Part shown: piece by piece, positions 8,762-17,481 of the stretch
Numbering within the stretch: the first letter of the stretch is position 1
Layout of the letters: every line of letters begins with the position of its first letter
NCBI GenBank assembly: GCA_039809905.1
Contig: JBDHVY010000001.1
Span: 840,001-872,000, forward strand
Reading direction: 5' to 3'
Length of the DNA: 32,000 nt
DNA from: Candidatus Babelota bacterium
GTDB lineage: Bacteria > Babelota > Babeliae > Babelales > Vermiphilaceae
Notes under the pieces: model-generated
Told to the model about the DNA's origin: nothing
Databases searched by the model: none
The model's input: the letters and a program-made list of their open reading frames with translations, nothing else
Program-made: the position numbers and the translations under genes

Positions 8762-9892
8762 TTATATTTCGTTATCCATAATTTTTCTTCTATATTCTGC
8801 CATTAATTGCACCATAAAATGAAGGTTATGAATAGTTGCTAAAGTATATGCACTCAATTCAGCTGCTTTAAAAAGATGGTGTAGATATGCTCGCGTAAAA
8901 TTCTGGCAGGTATAACAGGTGCATGTCTCATCGATTGGTCTGAAATAAGTTGCATTGGTTGCATGGCCAATTTTGACAAAACCTTTGGTAGTAAAGAGTA
9001 ATCCATGACGTGCACAACGTGTAGGATGTGAGCTATCAAATGTATCGATGCCAAGTTTAATAATCGGTTCAAGTGATGCTAAATCTCCAATCCCAAGTAA
9101 ATGATTAGGCTTATCTTCTGGCAGGAACGGCATCATATGCGTGAGCATTTCAATCATTTCTTCTCTATTTTTTCCCATGCTTCCCCCAATGGCGTGGCCA
9201 TCAAAAGGTAATTGAGTTAAAAATTCACAACTTTGCTTGCGCAAATCTTTGTTAATACCGCCATGAATGACCGAATACATTGCTTGCTGTTGTGGGTTTT
9301 TCAAATGTGCATCAAGAGATCTTTTTTCCCAGCGGTGGGTTCTGTGCAGCGAGTTAATTAATTTTCTTGGATCAATGTGATACGGTGGTAATTCATCAAA
9401 AGGAATAATAATATCGGCACCAAGATCTTTTTGAGCGGCAATAGAAGTTTCTGGTGTGAGTAATATTTTTTTTCCATCACGATAAGATCGGAATAAAACA
9501 CCTTCTTCTGATGTTTTTAACACAAGGTTGTTGCCTGTTTTTTGTCCACGGCTTTTGAGTTCGTCTTTTACGGTACCATATGCAAGGCTAAAAACTTGAA
9601 ATCCGCCGGAATCAGTAATGATAGGCATTTTTCTATTGATAAATGAATGTAATCCTCCCGCTTGCTTTACTATTTCTGTGCCTGGTTGAAGCATAAGATG
9701 GTAGGTGTTACAAAACATCAATTGCAAGCCAATCTGATCAACCATAACGGGATCAAGAGCTTTGAGTGATCCATTAGTTCCAACGCCTACAAAGCTTGGG
9801 GTATCAATAATGCCATGTGGTGTATGAATACGACCAACGCGGGCACGTGATTTTTTTGATCGGTGAATAAGTTCAAATTTAAAGTAGGACAT
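8762..9892 (-). CDS. tgt: tRNA-guanine transglycosylase
   Basis: 376 aa. Tgt motifs TPSFVGVGTNGSLKALDP, NTYHLMLQPG, ITDSGGFQVFSL, LLGIGDLASLEP, GIDTFDSSHPTR, and the zinc site CTCYTCQNFTRAYLHHL. Confidence 0.95.
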   Translation of the reverse strand: MSYFKFELIHRSKKSRARVGRIHTPHGIIDTPSFVGVGTNGSLKALDPVMVDQIGLQLMFCNTYHLMLQPGTEIVKQAGGLHSFINRKMPIITDSGGFQVFSLAYGTVKDELKSRGQKTGNNLVLKTSEEGVLFRSYRDGKKILLTPETSIAAQKDLGADIIIPFDELPPYHIDPRKLINSLHRTHRWEKRSLDAHLKNPQQQAMYSVIHGGINKDLRKQSCEFLTQLPFDGHAIGGSMGKNREEMIEMLTHMMPFLPEDKPNHLLGIGDLASLEPIIKLGIDTFDSSHPTRCARHGLLFTTKGFVKIGHATNATYFRPIDETCTCYTCQNFTRAYLHHLFKAAELSAYTLATIHNLHFMVQLMAEYRRKIMDNEI

Positions 9893-9942
9893 GAGTAATT
9901 TACCTATATTATTTATATCCTATAAGTATAGCAATAAAAAAG

Positions 9943-9969
9943 AAAAGCCCCTACAAAAAGGGGCTTTTT
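9943..9969 (-). terminator. Rho-independent terminator
   Basis: AAAAGCCCC - TACAAAAA - GGGGCTTTT. On the minus strand it is followed by a T-rich tract, just 3' of the symporter stop (9993). Confidence 0.85.
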
Positions 9970-9992
9970 GATCTGAAGGTATGCAAGCGTTG

Positions 9993-11450
9993 CTATCCAA
10001 CGATTAGTTTCTCACGTTTGGTTAACCAGGAAACTAAATAAGACATGATAATACTCAAGAAGAATCCTGGAATTACTGCCGGGATTTCAAGAGCGTAATG
10101 TTCTGAGAAAAAAGGTAATCCGAATATATGCCAAGAAAGAGCAATAAATCCTCCTATTAGTATACATGTATATGCGCCATATTTGTTAATGTATGTGCTG
10201 TGTAATGATAAAAAAACAAGAGGCCCAAAAGTGCAACCGAAACCCATCCAGGCATAATGTACAAGTTGTTGAATACTATCTGTTTGATTAAAACTTACGC
10301 AGAAACTAAAAAGTGCGATTAAAAGTATGCTCAATCGATATATCCAGAGAAGTTCTTTTGCAGTAGCGTTTTTACGTATAGTTGCATGATACAAATCTTC
10401 GGTCATGACAGAAACAAGGACAAGTGTTTGTGCAGTGATTACCGAAAGAGTAGCGCCTGCAACTGCAGAAAGAATAAAACCAGTAACAAGAGGGGTATAA
10501 AGACTTTTTACTATTTCTATGAAAATAAGTTCTTTGTTTGGTATAGGAACTGAAAAATAAGCTATTCCAATAAGACCTACCAACCCTGCAGCAGTTAATA
10601 CGCTTATTTGCCATGCCATACCAATGTATTGTGCTTTAGCCATTTCTTTTACATCATTGATACCCATAAATTTTGTTAAAATATGAGGTGTGCCAAAGTA
10701 ACCCACTGCCCAGCTGATTGATATAAATATCGCGTTAAGCAAAGCAGTCCAAGAATCAGGAAATAATGATAGTGAAATATTATGGGCACTTGCTGCTGTA
10801 ATTATGGCGCCGTATCCACCAATAAATGAAAGGGCAGTATAAGGAACATAAAAAATAACCATTAATAAAAATAATGCCTGAAAACAGTCAATCCATGCTA
10901 AGGTACGATATCCGCCCAGCGAAATATAACCAACGGTGCAAAGAATGGCAATAATGAGTCCTACAAAATAAGGAACATGAAAAACAGATTCTACGAGTAA
11001 ACCGAAACCTTTTAATCCTGCGGCAATGTAGACTCCAAAAAAAATAATCGATAAAACAGCACTTATTAATCGAATTGTTCCCGAATTATCATTAAAATGA
11101 CGTTCAAAATAAGTTGATAATGTAAAGCAATCATAATGAGCTGTTTTAGTTCGTAATTGTGGTGCTATAAATTGCCATACAATAAACATGCCACTAATAA
11201 GCCCTATAGCTATCCATGCATTGATCATTCCACCTGCATATAAAGCACCTGGAAATGCCATAAAAAGCCAATCACTCATGTCGCTAGCATGAGCAGATAG
11301 AGCTGTTAGCACGTAATTTACTGATCTGTTTCCTAAAATTGTTTCAGAGTACTGAGTAGAAATATTTTTTTTTCTGCTCATATAAGAAATAATAGCAATA
11401 ATGCCAATGATAAAAAAATACGTAACAAATCCAACCAATAATAAAGACAT
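9993..11450 (-). CDS. putP: Sodium:solute symporter family protein, sodium/proline symporter-like
   Basis: 485 aa. SSS motifs GNRSVNYVLTALSAHASDMSDWLFMAFPGALYAGG, GGYRTLAWIDCFQALFLL, FILSAVAGATLSVITAQTLVLVSVMTEDLY. Substrate is not proven. Confidence 0.85.
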   Translation of the reverse strand: MSLLLVGFVTYFFIIGIIAIISYMSRKKNISTQYSETILGNRSVNYVLTALSAHASDMSDWLFMAFPGALYAGGMINAWIAIGLISGMFIVWQFIAPQLRTKTAHYDCFTLSTYFERHFNDNSGTIRLISAVLSIIFFGVYIAAGLKGFGLLVESVFHVPYFVGLIIAILCTVGYISLGGYRTLAWIDCFQALFLLMVIFYVPYTALSFIGGYGAIITAASAHNISLSLFPDSWTALLNAIFISISWAVGYFGTPHILTKFMGINDVKEMAKAQYIGMAWQISVLTAAGLVGLIGIAYFSVPIPNKELIFIEIVKSLYTPLVTGFILSAVAGATLSVITAQTLVLVSVMTEDLYHATIRKNATAKELLWIYRLSILLIALFSFCVSFNQTDSIQQLVHYAWMGFGCTFGPLVFLSLHSTYINKYGAYTCILIGGFIALSWHIFGLPFFSEHYALEIPAVIPGFFLSIIMSYLVSWLTKREKLIVG

Positions 11451-11700
11451 GGTTTTCTCCGTAAAATAAAAATTTATTATAATAACGTTTGTATGAAGAA
11501 AAGATGAATAAGGAGATTATTGTGTACCGCCACGCGGAATTAGGGCGTTGTATTTGGTAGTAAAGAATAGAATGAAAGATTTAGCATAAATAGTCATAAG
11601 AAGTCTCATTGAGAGTTTCGTATTAAAGCCAATTATTGTCATTTTAATGGATAGTATTTCTAAAGGCAATCTTTTTTATACAAAAAATGATTCATGAGAG

Positions 11701-12369
11701 TTACTTCTGTGTTGCGGCATAAATTTTACGAGAAAAGCTGACAAATGGAGTAGCAATCAAGATGCTCATGAGTTTGACTGAGTAGCTAATAATGATAACT
11801 TCTCCAATGTTATCGATAATGCCATAAAGACCTAAAAAGCTAAATAAAATGGTATCAAGAAGCTGGCAAAACGCTATGGAAGCATAGTTACGTAGTACAA
11901 TATACTTGCTTTGGAAAGTTTTTTTCAGTATGCCATAAAGATAGTAGTCAGTCATTTGAGTGAATAAGTATACCGAAAATGAAGCTACTACGATTCGTGG
12001 CATGAGTTGTAATATGGGTATAAAGTGTTGTTGCGCCGTATCAGCTATATCAGGAATATAAAGGAGATGAATTTGTGATATGATCGCGTAAAAAATAAGG
12101 AGAAAAAAGTTGATCCAGATGGTCTTTTTGGTAATTTCTTTGCCAAAATATTCTTGTAGTAAATTAAGTCCGATGGTTGCTCCAACCGTAAAAGCATCAG
12201 CGCACGTTGCGGTTAATCCAAATAGGGTGATCTGTTTGATAACAAAAAGATTTGCGAGTATGCATTGAATGCATACAAATGCAACAAGGGCGCTACTGCC
12301 CAGAGCAAGAGCTCCTAGGGCGAATCCGGCAATAATTAGGGTGTGAAGTATAAAAATTAATTCATTCAT
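11701..12369 (-). CDS. YhhQ/VUT-family queuosine precursor transporter-like
   Basis: 222 aa multi-pass protein. CADAFTVGATIGLNLLQEYFGKE and the C-terminal VKLMSILIATPFVSF match the YhhQ (DUF165) pattern. Confidence 0.8.
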   Translation of the reverse strand: MNELIFILHTLIIAGFALGALALGSSALVAFVCIQCILANLFVIKQITLFGLTATCADAFTVGATIGLNLLQEYFGKEITKKTIWINFFLLIFYAIISQIHLLYIPDIADTAQQHFIPILQLMPRIVVASFSVYLFTQMTDYYLYGILKKTFQSKYIVLRNYASIAFCQLLDTILFSFLGLYGIIDNIGEVIIISYSVKLMSILIATPFVSFSRKIYAATQK

Positions 12370-12474
12370 GGTGAAATCAGTAGCCTTTTGAAATATTATT
12401 CCTTTTATGATATATTTATTTCTAATATATTACAAATTAACAATCGAAAACATAGAAAGATAAGAGAGATTATT

Positions 12475-13071
12475 ATGGTATCGAGTACGATTAAGAATGG
12501 CAAATTATTTGGAATTTTAGTAAGCAGTATGCTTTTCACTGCGTCTGCTGCTGAGCAATCGCGATTTAGGCCAATTGATAAAAAGAGAATAGAAGCTAAT
12601 AGTAATGCTATCAAAAAATATATCGAACAAACAGGTAGTAATGTTAATTTGGGTCAAACCTTTGGAAAAAGTGCAGCATATTGGACAAAAGGAATAAGCT
12701 ATAAAGCATTCGAAGCTATGCCCATTTTATTTTTTAAAGATCGTAAGGGTAAAGAACGAGCAATTGAGCAATTAAATACTGATCAAGCAATTCAATATAT
12801 GAATGGTACAAAAACAGAGTTTGTAGAAAAATATCTTCTGTATCCTAAAGCAGAACTAAAAATTAATACAATAGCAGAGTTTTTACACGATAAAACAGTT
12901 GATAATTTGAGTGTGCCTGAATCTGAAAAAAATAAATTAAAACAACAGCCTTTATTGATTGTAGATTATTTACATGATACTGCGGTAAAAGAGCAATATA
13001 TGAATTTAACGAGTCGCCATATCTGTGTCCAGTTTTTTGTAGAACAAGAATTTGGTAAGCCAGCGAATTAA
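12475..13071 (+). CDS. Hypothetical predicted-exported protein
   Basis: The ORF track starts at 12388. The internal ATG at 12475 (MVSSTIKNGKLFGILVSSMLFTASAAEQSRFRPIDKKR) gives a clean signal peptide-like start after GAGAG. Confidence 0.65.
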   Translation: MVSSTIKNGKLFGILVSSMLFTASAAEQSRFRPIDKKRIEANSNAIKKYIEQTGSNVNLGQTFGKSAAYWTKGISYKAFEAMPILFFKDRKGKERAIEQLNTDQAIQYMNGTKTEFVEKYLLYPKAELKINTIAEFLHDKTVDNLSVPESEKNKLKQQPLLIVDYLHDTAVKEQYMNLTSRHICVQFFVEQEFGKPAN

Positions 13072-13072
13072 A

Positions 13073-14056
13073 TTATAATAACGGATTTTCTTTAAAGCCG
13101 ATTAATTGGCATTCTGCTTGTGGCAGGATGCCAAATTTATTGTGTACAAGATTCTGCATTTCCCGTGCAAGCATAATGATATCAGTGCTCGTCGCGGATC
13201 CTAAATTAACAATCATATTGGCATGTTGTGGTGATACGATAGCATTGCCAACTTTGAGTGTTCCTTTTACACCAATTTTATCAAGATAATAGGCAACAAA
13301 AATTATTTTTTTATTATCAACAACAAGTGTTACTTCATCAGCAAAAAAATTTCTGAAAAAACTACCGCATGTTCGCACCTGTGGATAACGATGTGCGCGG
13401 TGTCGGATGATTTCTGTTTGTCTACCTCTTGCAAAAGCTGTTTGTTCTTGTGTTGCGCGCGTTAATTTGAATGTTGCATTTACTAAAAAATAATCTTTTT
13501 TATGTAATTCTGAATCGTTATATCCAAAATTAAACCATTGAGCATCAACGGTGTGCAAAGTACCATTCTTTTTATGAAGAACTTGTGCATGTTCAAGAAA
13601 ATGTGCAAGTAAAAATTCAAAATAATGAAGATTGATATATACTGATCCGCCAACTGTTCCCGGAATACCACTAAATTCTTCAAGGCCAATAAGATTATTT
13701 TGTAAGCAATAATCAATTAAGTTTGGCATGGTTACTCCTGCATCAGCGCATATTAATGCAGTTGTGCTATCTTGGCAAGAAATCGTTATTTGTTGCAATA
13801 AAGGACGAATAACAAGACCATCAAATCCATCATCGCTGATTAATATATTTGCCCCCTGACCAAGAATAAATATATCCAGAGAGTGTGTAGTTGCGTAGTG
13901 TATTGCCTCTTGAAATTGTTGAGCAGATGTTGGTTCGCAATAGAATCGAGCTGGACCACCGGTGCCAAACCAGTTTTTATCCGCCAAAGGGATGTTGGTG
14001 GAAATGATCAGAGGATTGTGTTGAGTAGGGGTAGTGGTTGAAGTGGTTTTTTGCAT
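13073..14056 (-). CDS. murB: UDP-N-acetylenolpyruvoylglucosamine reductase
   Basis: WFGTGGPARFY, ILGQGANILISDDGFDGLVIR, EEFSGIPGTVGGSVYIN, CGSFFRNF. ORF track extends to 14146; the internal start at 14056 avoids a long overlap with the upstream gene. Confidence 0.92.
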   Translation of the reverse strand: MQKTTSTTTPTQHNPLIISTNIPLADKNWFGTGGPARFYCEPTSAQQFQEAIHYATTHSLDIFILGQGANILISDDGFDGLVIRPLLQQITISCQDSTTALICADAGVTMPNLIDYCLQNNLIGLEEFSGIPGTVGGSVYINLHYFEFLLAHFLEHAQVLHKKNGTLHTVDAQWFNFGYNDSELHKKDYFLVNATFKLTRATQEQTAFARGRQTEIIRHRAHRYPQVRTCGSFFRNFFADEVTLVVDNKKIIFVAYYLDKIGVKGTLKVGNAIVSPQHANMIVNLGSATSTDIIMLAREMQNLVHNKFGILPQAECQLIGFKENPLL

Positions 14057-14069
14057 TACTAATAATTTT

Positions 14070-14981
14070 CTATATCGTACAACTTTTATTAAATTCAGGT
14101 CGCTGCTGTACTTTATTTTCTGCCAACAAAGTCTGACATTGTTCACTGCATGTTTTTTCTAATTTTTCTATACATGTTGCGCACGCAATAAAGTGTTCAT
14201 TACACATTGCATTAAGGCAATTATGGTAATCATCACATGGTTTTGTGCAGATTGCGCAAGAGCCGATAATATCATCATTAACCTTAACAGCGATTCTGCC
14301 ATCAAAAACATAATTTTTCCCGCGGAAAAACCCATCAGGATATTGTTCTACATAGCGATGGATACCGCCATCCATTTGATAGACTTTTTTTGCTATATTT
14401 TTTTCATTTAAGTATGCAGATGCGCGTTCGCAACGTATGCCACCAGTGCAATACATAAGTACTTGTTTATCTTTAAATTGGTCAAGATTTTCTTCCAAAT
14501 ATTGAGGTAAATCTCTGAAGTTTTCAATATTAGGAGTGATTGCATTTTCAAATTTGCCAATTGCCCATTCATAATTGTTGCGTGCATCAAGAATGACAAG
14601 GTCTTCTGGTTGGTTTGCAATAAGTTCATGGGTTTGTTCTGGACTTAAATGCTGGCCGCAATTGCGTGGGGTAAGAGTATCATAGGGAATACCAAGAGAT
14701 ACCGCTTCATTGCGCACTTTCACCGAAAGACGCGGAAAGCATTCTGGACCACCTGTGCTTTCTTTAAAATCTATATTTCCAAACAATTCATGTTCAGACA
14801 TGAGGTTTTTATATTGGTCAAGATTTTCTGATAAACCACCCAACGTGCCATTAATGCCTTCATGGCTGATGAGGATTCTGCCTTTCAATTGCAAGTCTTG
14901 GCATATTTGCTGTTGCCACTTCATAACTTGCTTTGGATAAGCTATTTCAATGTATTTATAAAAGAGAATTATTTTATTCAT
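14070..14981 (-). CDS. trhO: Rhodanese-domain tRNA uridine(34) hydroxylase TrhO/YceA family
   Basis: GRILISHEGINGTLGG, GPECFPRLSVKVRNEAVSLG, VILDARNNYEWAIGKFENAI, VLMYCTGGIRCERASAYL, plus Cys-rich C-terminus. Likely start at 14981 (MNKIILFYKY) rather than the track's 15008. Confidence 0.9.
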   Translation of the reverse strand: MNKIILFYKYIEIAYPKQVMKWQQQICQDLQLKGRILISHEGINGTLGGLSENLDQYKNLMSEHELFGNIDFKESTGGPECFPRLSVKVRNEAVSLGIPYDTLTPRNCGQHLSPEQTHELIANQPEDLVILDARNNYEWAIGKFENAITPNIENFRDLPQYLEENLDQFKDKQVLMYCTGGIRCERASAYLNEKNIAKKVYQMDGGIHRYVEQYPDGFFRGKNYVFDGRIAVKVNDDIIGSCAICTKPCDDYHNCLNAMCNEHFIACATCIEKLEKTCSEQCQTLLAENKVQQRPEFNKSCTI

Positions 14982-15122
14982 GATAAAAAGCCTGCGATAG
15001 ATAAACAAATATATTGCTTTCAGTATAACACATTATCTCCATTTTTTAACCCCACAATTGTAGTTTTGCTTGATTGCCTGTTATATTCGGTTTTAATCGT
15101 AAAAATATAAAAGGGAGATTAT

Positions 15123-15866
15123 ATGAAAAAAAATAGATTTTTTATGCTTATTTTCCTTGTTTTAGCAAGTTCATCATCGATGCTTTTTACAGCGCCAGTG
15201 CAAGAGGCAGGGTATTATGAGCGTTTTAATCAAAGTTTGAGTTCTATAAAGCAGTCAATTTATAATGGAATGTCTTTTGTATGGAATTTGCCGGCATATA
15301 TTAAGGCTTATTTTAATCGATCAGCATCTCCTTTGGCAGCTCATGTTAAAATGGAATTGGAAGGAAAGCCATTTGAAGGATTTTGGCTTAATGTTTCTCA
15401 AGATAGTAATGAGGTAAAGCAATTAAGGAAAAAATTGAATATTTCTGGAATTTATTTTGCTGATGGATCTGATATAACAATATATGAAAAACTGAAATCA
15501 ACTTTTTCTCCAGAGCAGCAGTACATTGAAAATGGTTTTAGTATAAATAAAGATAACACTGTTTCAGCATGCATGTTTAGGCTTTTGAACGATATGATAA
15601 GCATGAATCAGAGAAAAGCGATTAGTGCGCAAGAGTTGAGTGTTTACGTGAGACTATTATGGGAACTTGATAATATTCTTCCTGCTTCTTTTGATAGTGA
15701 TAGCAACGGAGATTTATTTATTGCTTTTGCACAAAAAATGGTGAAAGATAAGCCAACAACTGTTTCTATGCAGCAGCTATTATCAGCATGGCAAAAAGAT
15801 AGTCATAGATTTCATAAAAATGAAGGATTACAAAAAGCTATTGAACGAGTTAGTAATCTTGTTTAA
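15123..15866 (+). CDS. Hypothetical predicted-exported protein
   Basis: 247 aa, MKKNRFFMLIFLVLASSSSMLFTAPVQ signal-like start. AGGGAG RBS upstream. Confidence 0.7.
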   Translation: MKKNRFFMLIFLVLASSSSMLFTAPVQEAGYYERFNQSLSSIKQSIYNGMSFVWNLPAYIKAYFNRSASPLAAHVKMELEGKPFEGFWLNVSQDSNEVKQLRKKLNISGIYFADGSDITIYEKLKSTFSPEQQYIENGFSINKDNTVSACMFRLLNDMISMNQRKAISAQELSVYVRLLWELDNILPASFDSDSNGDLFIAFAQKMVKDKPTTVSMQQLLSAWQKDSHRFHKNEGLQKAIERVSNLV

Positions 15867-15887
15867 AAAATGTTTGAAAGGTAAACA

Positions 15888-16436
15888 ATGAAAAAAATAA
15901 TAACAATAGGCTTGTTTTCAATGACTTGTGTTTTATGTAGTATGGATGCACCCAACAAAATGATTTCAGAACCATCTCGTCCTTATTTCCGTCCAATTAA
16001 TCCTGAGGTTGAAAAGCGGTGTAATGTTGCTCAATGGCAGAGTGAACTGGCTTATGCTGTAGCTCTTAATAAAAAGAATGCATTGCCTGGTTTATTAGTG
16101 CAAGCGGGTAAAGATGCTACTGAACTTATTTGTAGTGCTAATTCAGCATATGGTCCAATACTGAAAATTACTTATGTTGAAAATACTCCAGAAATCAGAA
16201 AATTATTAATGAAATATATGGATGAAGAGTATTGTAAAAAATGTTTTTATCGAGAACTAGTAGAGCTGCATGCTGCTTGGGAGTTTAATAATTCACAAAA
16301 AAATTTAAAAAGAACGTGCCCTGCTGCTGAAAGTCTTGTGCGCGATTTTCATCAGCAAGATTCTTTTAAGTATTATTTGACAAATCAAGAATGTGAAAAG
16401 TTAGGTATAGCCAAAAATACTATGTTAAGCCAATAA
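15888..16436 (+). CDS. Hypothetical predicted-exported protein
   Basis: 182 aa, MKKIITIGLFSMTCVLCSMDAPN signal-like start. Lies 21 bp after the previous ORF. Confidence 0.65.
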   Translation: MKKIITIGLFSMTCVLCSMDAPNKMISEPSRPYFRPINPEVEKRCNVAQWQSELAYAVALNKKNALPGLLVQAGKDATELICSANSAYGPILKITYVENTPEIRKLLMKYMDEEYCKKCFYRELVELHAAWEFNNSQKNLKRTCPAAESLVRDFHQQDSFKYYLTNQECEKLGIAKNTMLSQ

Positions 16437-16453
16437 ATAGGAGCTAAAAAAGT

Positions 16454-16481
16454 CCCCAATCAGAATGTAATGGGATTGGGG
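16454..16481 (+). terminator. Weak terminator-like hairpin
   Basis: CCCCAATC ... GATTGGGG just 3' of the ORF ending at 16436. No clear U-tract follows. Confidence 0.4.
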
Positions 16482-16572
16482 CTCATTTAAATAATTTGCA
16501 TAATTTTAATGATGTGCTATTAATCGAATGGTAACGAGTAATATTGTTGTATCATAACCAAAGGGCGAATCT

Positions 16573-17187
16573 ATGATGAAGCGTTATGTAATGGAGTTTG
16601 TAGGAACATTTTTTTTGACGGTTGCAATTAGTTTGATGGCTAATCCCATAGCAATTGGCTTAATGTTAATGGCGATGATTTATGTTGGAGGACATGTTTC
16701 AGGAGCACATTTTAATCCAGCAGTTAGTTTTGTATGTTTAGTTCAAAATCGCTTAGATTTTGCTGGCATGATGAAATATATTGCAGCGCAAACGTTGGGT
16801 GCATGTTTGGGTCTTTGTGTTTTTGGAATGATTACGAGTGGTACTTTTGGATTAGATATAGTTCCAGGCAGTCCTATTTTTGGTCCTATGGTAATTGAAG
16901 CATTGTTTGCATTAGTACTTGCTTGGGTGTATGTAACAATGAATCTTATGAATCGCTATAAAGATACTGCAATTCCAGGGGTTGTTCTTGGTTTAACATT
17001 AATGATGATAGCCTTTGCAGGCGGATTATTTAATCCAGCTGTTGCTATGGCATCAATTGCGTGCAATATAGTACAAGGTGGTGAAATGGCAGCAGGAATG
17101 GGTGGAGTGCTTGTGTATATCGTTGGGCCAATGCTTGGTGCGTTTGGTGCATCATTTATGTTTGATTATTTTAAATCAGAAATATAA
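16573..17187 (+). CDS. MIP/aquaporin-family channel
   Basis: 204 aa, six hydrophobic segments, two NPA motifs (GAHFNPAVSF and AGGLFNPAVAMA). Confidence 0.9.
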   Translation: MMKRYVMEFVGTFFLTVAISLMANPIAIGLMLMAMIYVGGHVSGAHFNPAVSFVCLVQNRLDFAGMMKYIAAQTLGACLGLCVFGMITSGTFGLDIVPGSPIFGPMVIEALFALVLAWVYVTMNLMNRYKDTAIPGVVLGLTLMMIAFAGGLFNPAVAMASIACNIVQGGEMAAGMGGVLVYIVGPMLGAFGASFMFDYFKSEI

Positions 17188-17197
17188 GTTTTTTATC

Positions 17198-17244
17198 AAA
17201 AAAAGACAACGGCATGGAGGTAATCCATGTCGTTGTCTTTTTTT
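17198..17244 (+). terminator. Strong rho-independent terminator
   Basis: AAAAAAAGACAACGGCATGGA-GGTAA-TCCATGTCGTTGTCTTTTTTT, 3' of the aquaporin gene. Confidence 0.92.
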
Positions 17245-17376
17245 GCGTTTAAGCCGGATACAATATGCGGTGCATTGAAAGATCTGCTATTTAGGTTATT
17301 CTTACATATATAGCTGATTTTATTACAGCAAGATTTATTAAAATAGCCCAGTAAACAATAAAAATCCTCTTAATAT

Positions 17377-17447
17377 GGGGTCCCCATTTATCCCCAATTT
17401 CACTTCGTTCTATCGGGGTCCCCGTGTGAAATGAAGTGAGCAAGGGG
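17377..17447. repeat. Intergenic GGGGTCCCC dyad element, copy B (divergent double unit)
   Basis: GGGGTCCCCATTTATCCCCAATTTCACTTCGTTCTATCGGGGTCCCCGTGTGAAATGAAGTGAGCAAGGGG. The left half (CCCC..TTTCACTTCGTT..GGGG) is an imperfect reverse complement of the right half (GGGG..CC..GAAATGAAGTGA..GGGG). Confidence 0.65.
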
Positions 17448-17481
17448 TTAAAATAGAGAATGGGGTATAAAGAGACTTCTG

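Noticed and set aside
8202-9072. Plus-strand ORFs 8202..8672 (156 aa) and 8854..9072
   Set aside because: The first is antisense to the SpoU-type methyltransferase and the second to tgt. The long length comes from codon bias of the real genes.
10372-10614. 80-aa minus-strand ORF inside the symporter
   Set aside because: Out-of-frame overlap with a confident sodium:solute symporter.
11451-11700. Intergenic gap considered as a leader peptide or ncRNA (AAGGAG followed by GTG TAC CGC CAC GCG...)
   Set aside because: The open frame is only 12 codons and there is no clear hairpin, so I do not have enough evidence to call a feature.
12405-12614. 69-aa minus-strand ORF overlapping the start of 12475..13071
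   Set aside because: Overlaps the start region of the plus-strand gene. No convincing RBS or family pattern, although it contains hydrophobic stretches.
13483-13716. 77-aa minus-strand ORF within murB
   Set aside because: Out-of-frame overlap with murB.
14193-15110. Small ORFs 14193..14411, 14408..14629, 14649..14831, 14710..14940, 14862..15110
   Set aside because: All lie antisense or out of frame to the TrhO-like gene, apart from a short tail. No independent coding evidence.
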